From: a virus
Lineage: Duplodnaviria; Caudoviricetes
DNA: 27,224 nucleotides
Strand: one strand, 5' to 3'
IMG/VR virus record: IMGVR_UViG_3300017903_000528
Coordinates: 1 to 27,224 of that record
The notes beneath the pieces were generated by a model, which worked only from the letters and a program-made list of their open reading frames with translations, had not been told where the DNA came from and made no database searches. Positions 10,573 through 17,293 of the stretch are shown here, piece by piece. The stretch's first letter is position 1. The number at the start of each line of letters is the position of its first letter. Position numbers and translations under genes: made by a program.

Positions 10573-11182
10573 GCACAACAACAATAGCATAAGTGCAATT
10601 ACAAGCATGGCAAGTCTAACTACAGGTGCTATGACTTTGATTAAAGAACAAACTGCAAGTTCAAGTGCTAGTATCTCATTTGTAGATGGAAGTGGTGGAG
10701 TTGTTTTGGATAGCACATATCCTATTTATAAGTTTGAATTTATTAATATTCATCCAGCTTCTTCTGGTGTTAGATTTGATGTAAATTTTAGTACCGATAG
10801 TGGTTCAAATTATAATGTAACTAAAACAACTACTTTATTTAATGCACAACATGCACAAAATGATAGTTTTAGTACACTTGCTTATCAAGCTGCTGAAGAT
10901 TTAGCACAATCTACATCTGATCAAATGTTAGCAAACTCATTAGGAAATGCTGATGATGAAAGTTCTGTAGGTTATTTATTTTTATTCGCACCATCTTCAA
11001 CTACCTTTGTAAAACATTTTATATCAAGGTATCAAAGATATGGATTAAATTCTTATTCTATTGAATCATATATAGCTGGGTATGGGAATACTACATCAGC
11101 AATAGATGGAGTAAGATTTAAAATGTCATCTGGCAACATAGATGCTGGTACAATAAAACTTTATGGAATAAAGGATTCATAA
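10559..11182 (+). CDS. Tail/fibre-tip protein, paralogue 2 of 3
   Basis: Same conserved blocks; overlaps paralogue 1 by 14 nt. Confidence 0.7.
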   Translation: MALVKHNNNSISAITSMASLTTGAMTLIKEQTASSSASISFVDGSGGVVLDSTYPIYKFEFINIHPASSGVRFDVNFSTDSGSNYNVTKTTTLFNAQHAQNDSFSTLAYQAAEDLAQSTSDQMLANSLGNADDESSVGYLFLFAPSSTTFVKHFISRYQRYGLNSYSIESYIAGYGNTTSAIDGVRFKMSSGNIDAGTIKLYGIKDS

Positions 11183-11781
11183 TGGCACTTATAAAACTAT
11201 CAAACAATGGAGTGAAAAATATTACAAGTGTAGGAAGTATTGGCACAGGAGATTTAGTATTTATCTCAAAACAAACTGCTAGTTCTTCTGCCTCTATTAG
11301 CTTTACATCTGGAATTGATAGTACATATAAGGAATATGTTTTTTATTTTAACAACATACACCCAGCTACTGATGGTGCAAGATTTCAAGTAAATTTTAGA
11401 GATGGTGGATCAGCTTATGATGCAACTAAAACAACGACATTTTTTAGAGCATATAATTTTGAAGATGATAGTGATGCTGTTCTAGGTTATTTAACTTCAA
11501 GAGATTTAGCACAATCAACAGATGCACAAAAAATAGCTATGAATATTGGAAATGACAATGACCAAAGTGCTAGTGGTCATTTACATTTATTTAATCCAAG
11601 TAGCACAACTTTTGTAAAACATTTTATTTCAGTATCAAATTGTTATGGTGAATTAAATTATTCACAACAAGTTTTTGTTGCTGGATACTGCAATACAACA
11701 TCTGCAATAGATGGTGTTCAATTTTCTTTAGATAGTGGAAACATAGATAGTGGAGACATCTTGCTATATGGAGTTAATTAA
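11182..11781 (+). CDS. Tail/fibre-tip protein, paralogue 3 of 3
   Basis: Same conserved blocks; TAATG-coupled. Confidence 0.7.
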   Translation: MALIKLSNNGVKNITSVGSIGTGDLVFISKQTASSSASISFTSGIDSTYKEYVFYFNNIHPATDGARFQVNFRDGGSAYDATKTTTFFRAYNFEDDSDAVLGYLTSRDLAQSTDAQKIAMNIGNDNDQSASGHLHLFNPSSTTFVKHFISVSNCYGELNYSQQVFVAGYCNTTSAIDGVQFSLDSGNIDSGDILLYGVN

Positions 11782-11790
11782 ATTATAAAG

Positions 11791-11807
11791 CACTAGCATA
11801 GCTAGTG
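11791..11807. promoter_or_regulatory. Intergenic perfect 7-bp hairpin CACTAGC-ATA-GCTAGTG
   Basis: Inverted repeat read directly; no U-tract on the + strand, so its role is unclear. Confidence 0.4.
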
Positions 11808-11828
11808 AAAATAAATTAGGAGATTATT

Positions 11829-12113
11829 ATGCCACATAAATTAGTAAATGGAATACAGGTAGAACTAACACCAGAAGAAATAGCTGCAAGACAAGCAGAG
11901 GAAGCAGCATGGGAAGCTGGTGCTTTTGATAGAGCTATGGCTAATTTAAGACAAGATAGAAATAGAAAGTTATCAGAAACAGATCATTATGCTTTATCAG
12001 ATCAAACTTTGTCTGATGAAATGAGAACTTACAGACAATCGCTAAGAGATATAACTAATGGATTGACTACAGTTGCTGAAGTAGAAGCTGTTGTGTTTCC
12101 AACTAAACCATAA
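11829..12113 (+). CDS. Phage tail fibre assembly chaperone
   Basis: 'LRQDRNRKLSETD...YRQSLRDIT...FPTKP' is the characteristic chaperone signature. Confidence 0.8.
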   Translation: MPHKLVNGIQVELTPEEIAARQAEEAAWEAGAFDRAMANLRQDRNRKLSETDHYALSDQTLSDEMRTYRQSLRDITNGLTTVAEVEAVVFPTKP

Positions 12114-12343
12114 TGAAATACCTATTGATACTGTATATGTGTAGCATGAACACAGGTCAATGTACTAGCAGCTCAGTATCTGGTTATCAATTCATATCAC
12201 ATTATGATTGCGTCAATGCAGGTTATGCAATCGCACAAAAAACTTTTAGAAATTTAAAAGAGTATGAAGAGTTCCCTAAAGATGTTATCGAGAAAGATAA
12301 GATCGTTATAAAATTTGAATGTAAAGGATTATCTGATGCCTAG
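12113..12343 (+). CDS. Small Cys-containing protein with hydrophobic N-terminus
   Basis: MKYLLILYMC...C...C...C; TAATG-coupled. Confidence 0.55.
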   Translation: MKYLLILYMCSMNTGQCTSSSVSGYQFISHYDCVNAGYAIAQKTFRNLKEYEEFPKDVIEKDKIVIKFECKGLSDA

Positions 12344-12575
12344 AAAAAAGAAAACAGATGAATTGGTACAGGCATCACTAGGTCATAGAATATCTAAGCA
12401 CGAAGCTATCTGTGCAGAAAGAATGAAAACATTATTCAAAGCAATCGATGAGATGAGACAAGACATCAAAGATCTAAGAAAGGATATGAACAAGGGTAAA
12501 GGTGCAGTTCATGTATTAGTTTTCTTGGCAGGCTTAATAGCAGCTATTGTTGGCTTCTTTAAATTTAATGGCTAG
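12336..12575 (+). CDS. Coiled-coil plus C-terminal TM protein (XhlA/holin-like)
   Basis: Likely start ATG 12336 after AAGGA; 'HEAICAER' coiled coil and TM 'AVHVLVFLAGLIAAIVGFF'. Confidence 0.55.
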   Translation: MPRKKKTDELVQASLGHRISKHEAICAERMKTLFKAIDEMRQDIKDLRKDMNKGKGAVHVLVFLAGLIAAIVGFFKFNG

Positions 12576-12867
12576 AAGGCAAAAAGCTATAACCGGTTTA
12601 ACTTCAGAACTTACTGCACAATTACGTCTTGCAAAAGATCCTAATCTTATTGTATTTACGCCTGTTGGCGGTCTGGGTCCAGTAGATATTGTGACTTTAA
12701 ATATGGCTACAGGTGAGTATACTGCTTATGATGTTAAAAGTAAAAATTATAGAAAAAAAGATTATACACCCAAAGATGGTTGTAAAAGAAATACTAAAGG
12801 AGATTTAATTTTACGTCATACAACTAAAGAACAAAAAAAATTAGGAGTGAAAATAATATACGAATGA
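12568..12867 (+). CDS. PD-(D/E)XK nuclease-like protein (Hjc/resolvase-like)
   Basis: 'G..SE...GPVDIV...YDVKS' catalytic pattern; likely start ATG 12568. Confidence 0.6.
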   Translation: MARRQKAITGLTSELTAQLRLAKDPNLIVFTPVGGLGPVDIVTLNMATGEYTAYDVKSKNYRKKDYTPKDGCKRNTKGDLILRHTTKEQKKLGVKIIYE

Positions 12868-13340
12868 ACTTATCAAGAAACTTTACATTACAAGAACTAA
12901 TTAAATCAGATACTGCAATTAGAAAAGGTATCGATAACAATCCTAATGCAGATCAAATAGAAAAATTAAAATTACTTTGCGAGACTATACTACAACCGGT
13001 CCGGGACCATTTTGGTAGAGTAAAGGTAACGTCTGGATTTAGATCTGAGCAGCTATGCGTAGCTATTGGTAGCTCTGTAAATTCACAGCATGCCAAAGCT
13101 GAAGCGGCAGATTTTGAGGTGATGGGTACAGATAACGCTGAACTTGCTGATTGGATTAATAAAAACCTAGACTATGATCAATTAATTCTTGAGTATTATA
13201 AAGTAGGTGAGCCTAATTCTGGTTGGATTCACTGCAGTATTACTGATAAAGATCCTAGAAAACAATTCTTGCACGCTTACAGATCTGAGGGTAAAACAAA
13301 GTATAAACCAATAATAGGTAAAGCAAAGGATTTAATATAA
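12864..13340 (+). CDS. Endolysin, peptidase M15A (D-Ala-D-Ala Zn peptidase)
   Basis: 'LSRNFTLQEL', 'VTSGFRS', 'SQHAKAEAADF', 'WIHCS' Zn-binding motifs. Confidence 0.9.
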   Translation: MNLSRNFTLQELIKSDTAIRKGIDNNPNADQIEKLKLLCETILQPVRDHFGRVKVTSGFRSEQLCVAIGSSVNSQHAKAEAADFEVMGTDNAELADWINKNLDYDQLILEYYKVGEPNSGWIHCSITDKDPRKQFLHAYRSEGKTKYKPIIGKAKDLI

Positions 13341-13720
13341 TGTGGTTAAGTGCAGTTAAATTAGCTTTGAATGCAGGTACGCATATTTATAAAAAGAAAC
13401 AAGAAACTAAAATGCGTATGGCAGATGCTCAAGCAGCTCATGCAGAGAAGATGGCTAAAGGTGAGTTAGAATATTCTGGAAAACTTCTTGAGGCAAGACA
13501 ATCAGACTGGAAAGACGAGTTCGTGTTGATCGTATTAACGCTGCCGATATTAGTGATTGCTTACGGAGTTTTCAGTGATGATCCGGGTGCAGCAGAAAAA
13601 ATAAAAGAGTTCTTTGAACAGTTCCAACAGCTCCCTTCATGGTTCACAAATTTGTGGATCCTTGTTGTGGCGAGCATTTACGGAATAAAAGGTACACAAA
13701 TATTTAAAGGTAAAAAGTAA
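13340..13720 (+). CDS. Putative holin
   Basis: 'SDWKDEF' followed by two TM segments and a basic tail; follows the endolysin. Confidence 0.65.
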   Translation: MWLSAVKLALNAGTHIYKKKQETKMRMADAQAAHAEKMAKGELEYSGKLLEARQSDWKDEFVLIVLTLPILVIAYGVFSDDPGAAEKIKEFFEQFQQLPSWFTNLWILVVASIYGIKGTQIFKGKK

Positions 13721-13860
13721 TGAGTAAAGAAATAGCTAAAATGTTTTCGCAACAGTTTGGAACTAAGATTACTCTAAAGTCTCAGCAAACAGGTAAGATG
13801 TATGGCAAAAAGAAATCTAAAAGAGTTTATTCCTCACGAAAGAATTCCAAAAAAAACTAG
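13720..13860 (+). CDS. 46-aa basic micro-protein (not in ORF track)
   Basis: MSKEIAKMFSQQFGTKITLKSQQTGKMYGKKKSKRVYSSRKNSKKN; TAATG-coupled to the holin. Confidence 0.5.
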   Translation: MSKEIAKMFSQQFGTKITLKSQQTGKMYGKKKSKRVYSSRKNSKKN

Positions 13861-13942
13861 CATAGGTAAACGACCCAAGATGTCTAGTATGAATAAACAT
13901 AAAAAAAGATCTTACAAAGCTAAGAATAGAGGTGGAATGTGA
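13802..13942 (+). CDS. 46-aa basic micro-protein (not in ORF track)
   Basis: MAKRNLKEFIPHERIPKKTSIGKRPKMSSMNKHKKRSYKAKNRGGM. Confidence 0.6.
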   Translation: MAKRNLKEFIPHERIPKKTSIGKRPKMSSMNKHKKRSYKAKNRGGM

Positions 13943-14037
13943 TTGATAAAATAATTTATAAATTCTTTGCTGCACTAGATAAATTTGCAGAACATCTTGA
14001 TAGAATTTTTTTTCCTAAAAAGAAGAAAAAGAAATGA
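13939..14037 (+). CDS. 32-aa amphipathic micro-protein with poly-Lys tail (not in ORF track)
   Basis: GTG start after GAGGTGG; MIDKIIYKFFAALDKFAEHLDRIFFPKKKKKK; GTGA/ATGA overlaps at both ends. Confidence 0.55.
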   Translation: MIDKIIYKFFAALDKFAEHLDRIFFPKKKKKK

Positions 14038-14408
14038 AGATAAGTGAGAATACAAATGTTGCTATGCCAATTAAAAACATGGTTGGTATTATCATTGGTG
14101 TTGCTATGGGTATTTTTGCTTACACTGAAATTACTGCTAGACTTACTTCACTTGAAACATCAAGAGAATTAATGAATGCAGATTTGTTAAAGGCTAGTGA
14201 ACAAACTACTGTAGACAAAGAACAGTATCTACTTCTCGAAGATCTATACGAAACTGTAGAAAAACACCAAGAGCTTTTAGATAAAAACATTCACAATCAA
14301 GTTATGTTGCAACATATTGAAAAAATGTTAGACAAAGCATTAGAAGATATTGAGCAACTAAAAGATCAAAATAGAGAAATGAAATATACTAATGGAGGCA
14401 CACATTGA
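14034..14408 (+). CDS. Membrane-anchored coiled-coil protein
   Basis: TM 'MVGIIIGVAMGIFAY' followed by a long heptad-rich region. Confidence 0.6.
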   Translation: MKISENTNVAMPIKNMVGIIIGVAMGIFAYTEITARLTSLETSRELMNADLLKASEQTTVDKEQYLLLEDLYETVEKHQELLDKNIHNQVMLQHIEKMLDKALEDIEQLKDQNREMKYTNGGTH

Positions 14409-14614
14409 CCGAGGTTGTAATAGCACTTTTATTAATAGTTAATGGAGAGATCAAGGAGCATAGAATACAAAACTCTATGAGTGAATGCTTGAAAGGTAAA
14501 AGAGTTGCTTCGAGAGGTACATCAAAAAATATAGAGTATCAATGTATTAAATCTATGGCAGAAACAGAAATTTATATGGGTGAAAAATCTATCAAATCAC
14601 TTATACTGGAGTAA
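14405..14614 (+). CDS. Hypothetical protein (hydrophobic N-terminus, two Cys)
   Basis: TTG start with GGAGG RBS; 4-nt overlap with the upstream gene. Confidence 0.6.
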   Translation: MTEVVIALLLIVNGEIKEHRIQNSMSECLKGKRVASRGTSKNIEYQCIKSMAETEIYMGEKSIKSLILE

Positions 14615-14616
14615 TT

Positions 14617-14868
14617 ATGGCAAAGACACCACTATGGCAACGTAAAGCAGGAAAGAATCCTAAAGGTGGATTAAACGCTAGAGGTAGACGTGCTTACAAC
14701 AGAGCTACTGGCGGCAATCTAAAAGCACCAAGTAAAAAGGTAGGCAACAAACGTAGAGCTAGCTTCTGTGCGAGGATGAAAGGTATGAAGAAGAAATTAA
14801 CTTCAAGAAAAACTGCAAGAGATCCTAATAGTAGGATTAATAAAGCATTGAGAGCTTGGAACTGTTAA
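14617..14868 (+). CDS. Highly basic protein (DUF6321-like)
   Basis: 'KNPKGGLN...RRASFCARM...SRINKALRAWNC'; GGAG RBS. Confidence 0.7.
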   Translation: MAKTPLWQRKAGKNPKGGLNARGRRAYNRATGGNLKAPSKKVGNKRRASFCARMKGMKKKLTSRKTARDPNSRINKALRAWNC

Positions 14869-15107
14869 TGAAAAAGAAAACATGGAAGAAACAAAATTCT
14901 GTACGTCTTTGTGGTGTTTGTGAAGAATGTAATAGAGAGCTATTGAGTAATGAAGGCGGATGGATTATAAGTTATAACAACAAGAAATATTATTGCCATG
15001 ATGGTAAAGATGGTTCTTGTTTTGATAACTATTGTAAACGTAAATTAAAGGAGAAACAATATGCCAATGGTAGGAAAAAAGAAGTTCAGCTACACGAAAG
15101 CTGGTAA
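14868..15107 (+). CDS. Small Cys-rich (Zn-finger-like) basic protein
   Basis: CGVCEEC...YYCH...SCFDNYC; TAATG-coupled start at 14868. Confidence 0.6.
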   Translation: MKKKTWKKQNSVRLCGVCEECNRELLSNEGGWIISYNNKKYYCHDGKDGSCFDNYCKRKLKEKQYANGRKKEVQLHESW

Positions 15108-15171
15108 GAAAAAAGCAAAAGCATACGCTAAGAAAAAAGGTATGAAGATGAAATCAAAAGGTAAATACTAA
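15061..15171 (+). CDS. 36-aa Lys-rich micro-protein (not in ORF track)
   Basis: AAGGAG RBS; MPMVGKKKFSYTKAGKKKAKAYAKKKGMKMKSKGKY. Confidence 0.7.
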   Translation: MPMVGKKKFSYTKAGKKKAKAYAKKKGMKMKSKGKY

Positions 15172-15269
15172 TGTTAACAGCTAAACAGAGAACACTTCCA
15201 CCAGCTTTGAAGAAAAAAATTCTAGCTTCAAAGATGAAGAAGAAAAAGAAAAATGGCAAAAAAAAGTAG
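15171..15269 (+). CDS. 32-aa Lys-rich micro-protein (not in ORF track)
   Basis: TAATG-coupled; MLTAKQRTLPPALKKKILASKMKKKKKNGKKK. Confidence 0.6.
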   Translation: MLTAKQRTLPPALKKKILASKMKKKKKNGKKK

Positions 15270-15432
15270 TGTAAATAAAGCTGGTAATTATACTAAACCT
15301 GCTTTAAGAAAGAGATTGTTTCAGCAGATAAAGGCTCGAAGAACTATGGGTACTGCTGCTGGACAATGGTCCGCTAGGAAAGCTCAACTACTTGCTAAGA
15401 CTTACAAAGCAAAAGGTGGTGGGTATAGGTAA
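15253..15432 (+). CDS. 59-aa basic protein, N-terminal half of DUF5872-like family (not in ORF track)
   Basis: MAKKSSVNKAGNYTKPALRKRLFQQIKARRTMGTAAGQWSARKAQLLAKTYKAKGGGYR, with the 'GQWSARKAQ...YK..GGGY' motif. Confidence 0.75.
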   Translation: MAKKSSVNKAGNYTKPALRKRLFQQIKARRTMGTAAGQWSARKAQLLAKTYKAKGGGYR

Positions 15433-15680
15433 TGGCGTTAAGTAAATCACAACGAAGTTTAAAGGCATGGGGTAAACAAAAATGGCGAACAAAATCTGGA
15501 AAAAAATCAAGTGTTACTGGAGAAAGATACTTGCCATCTGCAGCAATAAAGAGCCTAAGTGCTGCGGAGTATGCGGCAACGACAAGAGCTAAACGTAGAG
15601 CTAAAAGATCTGGTAAACAATTTAGTAAACAACCAAAAGGTATTGCAAGTAAGGTAAGACGATACAGAAGTTTTATTTAA
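15432..15680 (+). CDS. Basic protein, C-terminal half of DUF5872-like family
   Basis: 'SQRSLKAWGKQKWRTK...ERYLP..A...LS..E'; TAATG-coupled. Confidence 0.75.
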   Translation: MALSKSQRSLKAWGKQKWRTKSGKKSSVTGERYLPSAAIKSLSAAEYAATTRAKRRAKRSGKQFSKQPKGIASKVRRYRSFI

Positions 15681-16194
15681 TGCTTTGTTTTATATTCTCG
15701 TATTCTTGCCAAAGACTTTGTTCTGGACTCCAAAACCTTCTTTGATCTTTTTTCATATTAATAGAATTTAATACAGTAGTATGATCTTGATTAAAGTATC
15801 TACCTATTTCACTTAAACCTATATTATATTTTTCAAATAATAAATTATGTACTACGTTTCTTGCTCGTAGTATTTCTTCAGCTCTACTCTTACTCATCAA
15901 AACTTCTTTGTGGACCTCAAAAAATATACATACTTTATTAATTACTGCTTGAACATCAGAAGGTTTTGGTCGTCTTAATTTATAACCAATTATCTTCTTT
16001 ACATTACTATCTTGTATTGGTTGTTTTTGTAAAAGTTTTGCAGCATATAAAAATCCTTCCGAGAACCCTACCTCATATAATCTTTCTTCTTGATTCGTAA
16101 GAAGGTAAAATGCTTTCTTTACTTTATAGATAAAATGATTTTGATCTATATTCTTTTTGTGTTTTTGATAGTGTGTGCTTACATTTATGGTCAT
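15673..16194 (-). CDS. Protein with DnaA C-terminal (domain IV) DNA-binding HTH
   Basis: 'LMSKSRAEEILRAR...LSEIGRYFNQDHTTVLNS' matches the DnaA signature; no AAA+ domain. Confidence 0.8.
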   Translation of the reverse strand: MTINVSTHYQKHKKNIDQNHFIYKVKKAFYLLTNQEERLYEVGFSEGFLYAAKLLQKQPIQDSNVKKIIGYKLRRPKPSDVQAVINKVCIFFEVHKEVLMSKSRAEEILRARNVVHNLLFEKYNIGLSEIGRYFNQDHTTVLNSINMKKDQRRFWSPEQSLWQEYENIKQSIK

Positions 16195-16225
16195 AAATCC
16201 CCTACAGTTTTTGTCATGTTTTTTT

Positions 16226-16258
16226 AAAATGAACTAACGATTAAGCGTTAGCTCTTTT
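16226..16258. terminator. Possible hairpin terminator
   Basis: Minus strand GAGCTAACG-cttaat-CGTTAGTTC (9-bp stem with one G-U) followed by ATTTT; short T runs on both sides. Confidence 0.45.
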
Positions 16259-16420
16259 AGCTTCTGCGTTTTCGATCTTAACAATCCTACTCCAATGCTT
16301 TGGTATTCTTTTGAAAGCATTGTAAGTTTTAAGACATTGACCCGAACCTTCATGTTTTAAAATTAGATCAAAGTCTTTTTTCAGCTTGTCGTAGATCCGA
16401 ACTTTGCTGTTGCTTTTCAT
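16241..16420 (-). CDS. 59-aa hypothetical protein (not in ORF track)
   Basis: AAGGAGAAGG RBS; MKSNSKVRIYDKLKKDFDLILKHEGSGQCLKTYNAFKRIPKHWSRIVKIENAEAKRANA. Confidence 0.6.
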   Translation of the reverse strand: MKSNSKVRIYDKLKKDFDLILKHEGSGQCLKTYNAFKRIPKHWSRIVKIENAEAKRANA

Positions 16421-16583
16421 CCTTCTCCTTTGTTACTTTTGTAAAATCAATCTTTAAATTTTTGATCTTACATTCTACAGGTTCACCTTCATTCTTCGTG
16501 TCTGTAGCCTTCTCTGCATCATCAAAGAGTTCAATTATCTGAAAACTGCACTCCCCGTTAATGATTCGTCTGTATTTATGCAT
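16368..16583 (-). CDS. Hypothetical protein
   Basis: ORF in operon, AAGG RBS. Confidence 0.6.
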   Translation of the reverse strand: MHKYRRIINGECSFQIIELFDDAEKATDTKNEGEPVECKIKNLKIDFTKVTKEKDEKQQQSSDLRQAEKRL

Positions 16584-16585
16584 AT

Positions 16586-16882
16586 CTATACCTTTTTGTC
16601 TATATCTTTTTTGTGTAAGGCAAATGCCATGTCATTATACACTGATAAATCGTGATAATTATCAGCTTTATAACCTCTTGTAGACCTAAATAATTTAAGG
16701 GTCATCATCAATTGTGCTACTTGATGCGGTTTAATTCTTTTTTTTAAGTTGTCTGCTAATACAAGCGTAAACATTTCTGCTAGTACAGTGAAGTTATATT
16801 GATAGTCTCCATAATCTTTTTCTCTATCTTGTACTATCTTCTTTTTAATCTCTGGATCTATTTCTGTAATTTTTTTATTCAT
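16586..16882 (-). CDS. DUF6378-like protein
   Basis: 'DREKDYGD...NF...A......VAQLMMTLKLFR......DNYHDL..Y' pattern. Confidence 0.7.
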   Translation of the reverse strand: MNKKITEIDPEIKKKIVQDREKDYGDYQYNFTVLAEMFTLVLADNLKKRIKPHQVAQLMMTLKLFRSTRGYKADNYHDLSVYNDMAFALHKKDIDKKV

Positions 16883-16944
16883 AATTCCTTTCTTTTGGCG
16901 GGATAGGGAAACATGAAAGAAAGGGAAAAAAACCCTACCCCACC
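16883..16944 (-). promoter_or_regulatory. Structured 5' leader: 12-bp stem with anti-SD in the loop (candidate translational switch)
   Basis: GGUGGGGUAGGG/CCCUAUCCCGCC stem with two G-U pairs; loop CCUUUCUUU is complementary to the downstream RBS AAAGAAAGG. Confidence 0.55.
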
Positions 16945-16984
16945 TATATAAACTATACTTTCTAAAAGACTCTAATATCCAAAA

Positions 16985-17293
16985 TTAGAAAGTATACTCA
17001 TCTTTACCACTACTAGATGTAGAAGCAAAGTCATTTTTTTTACTAGATTTAGAAGTAGATGTAGAGGGTGATAACTTAATTGTTAATCCACCTTCAACTT
17101 TATTTCCGTCTTTATCTTTAGTTGGAAATACAGCTGGATTATACCATACACCATTTATTTGTTTACCAATACGCCAATTCTTATCTGGTCTATCCGTATT
17201 TGGTGGACCAATGTAAATTGGTTGATTGCTACCCGGTTGCCACGCTGGGTTTTTAACTATATTGATATATATGTCATTGGATTTATTATCCAT
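16985..17293 (-). CDS. Putative single-stranded DNA-binding protein
   Basis: Follows ERF; small beta-rich core, Ser/Lys linker, acidic-aromatic C-terminus 'DEYTF'. Confidence 0.5.
   Translation of the reverse strand: MDNKSNDIYINIVKNPAWQPGSNQPIYIGPPNTDRPDKNWRIGKQINGVWYNPAVFPTKDKDGNKVEGGLTIKLSPSTSTSKSSKKNDFASTSSSGKDEYTF

Noticed and set aside
7929-11781. Diversity-generating retroelement acting on the tail-tip genes
   Set aside because: No reverse transcriptase in the window and no ~100-bp TR/VR pair differing only at adenines; similarity is confined to short blocks in full-length paralogues.
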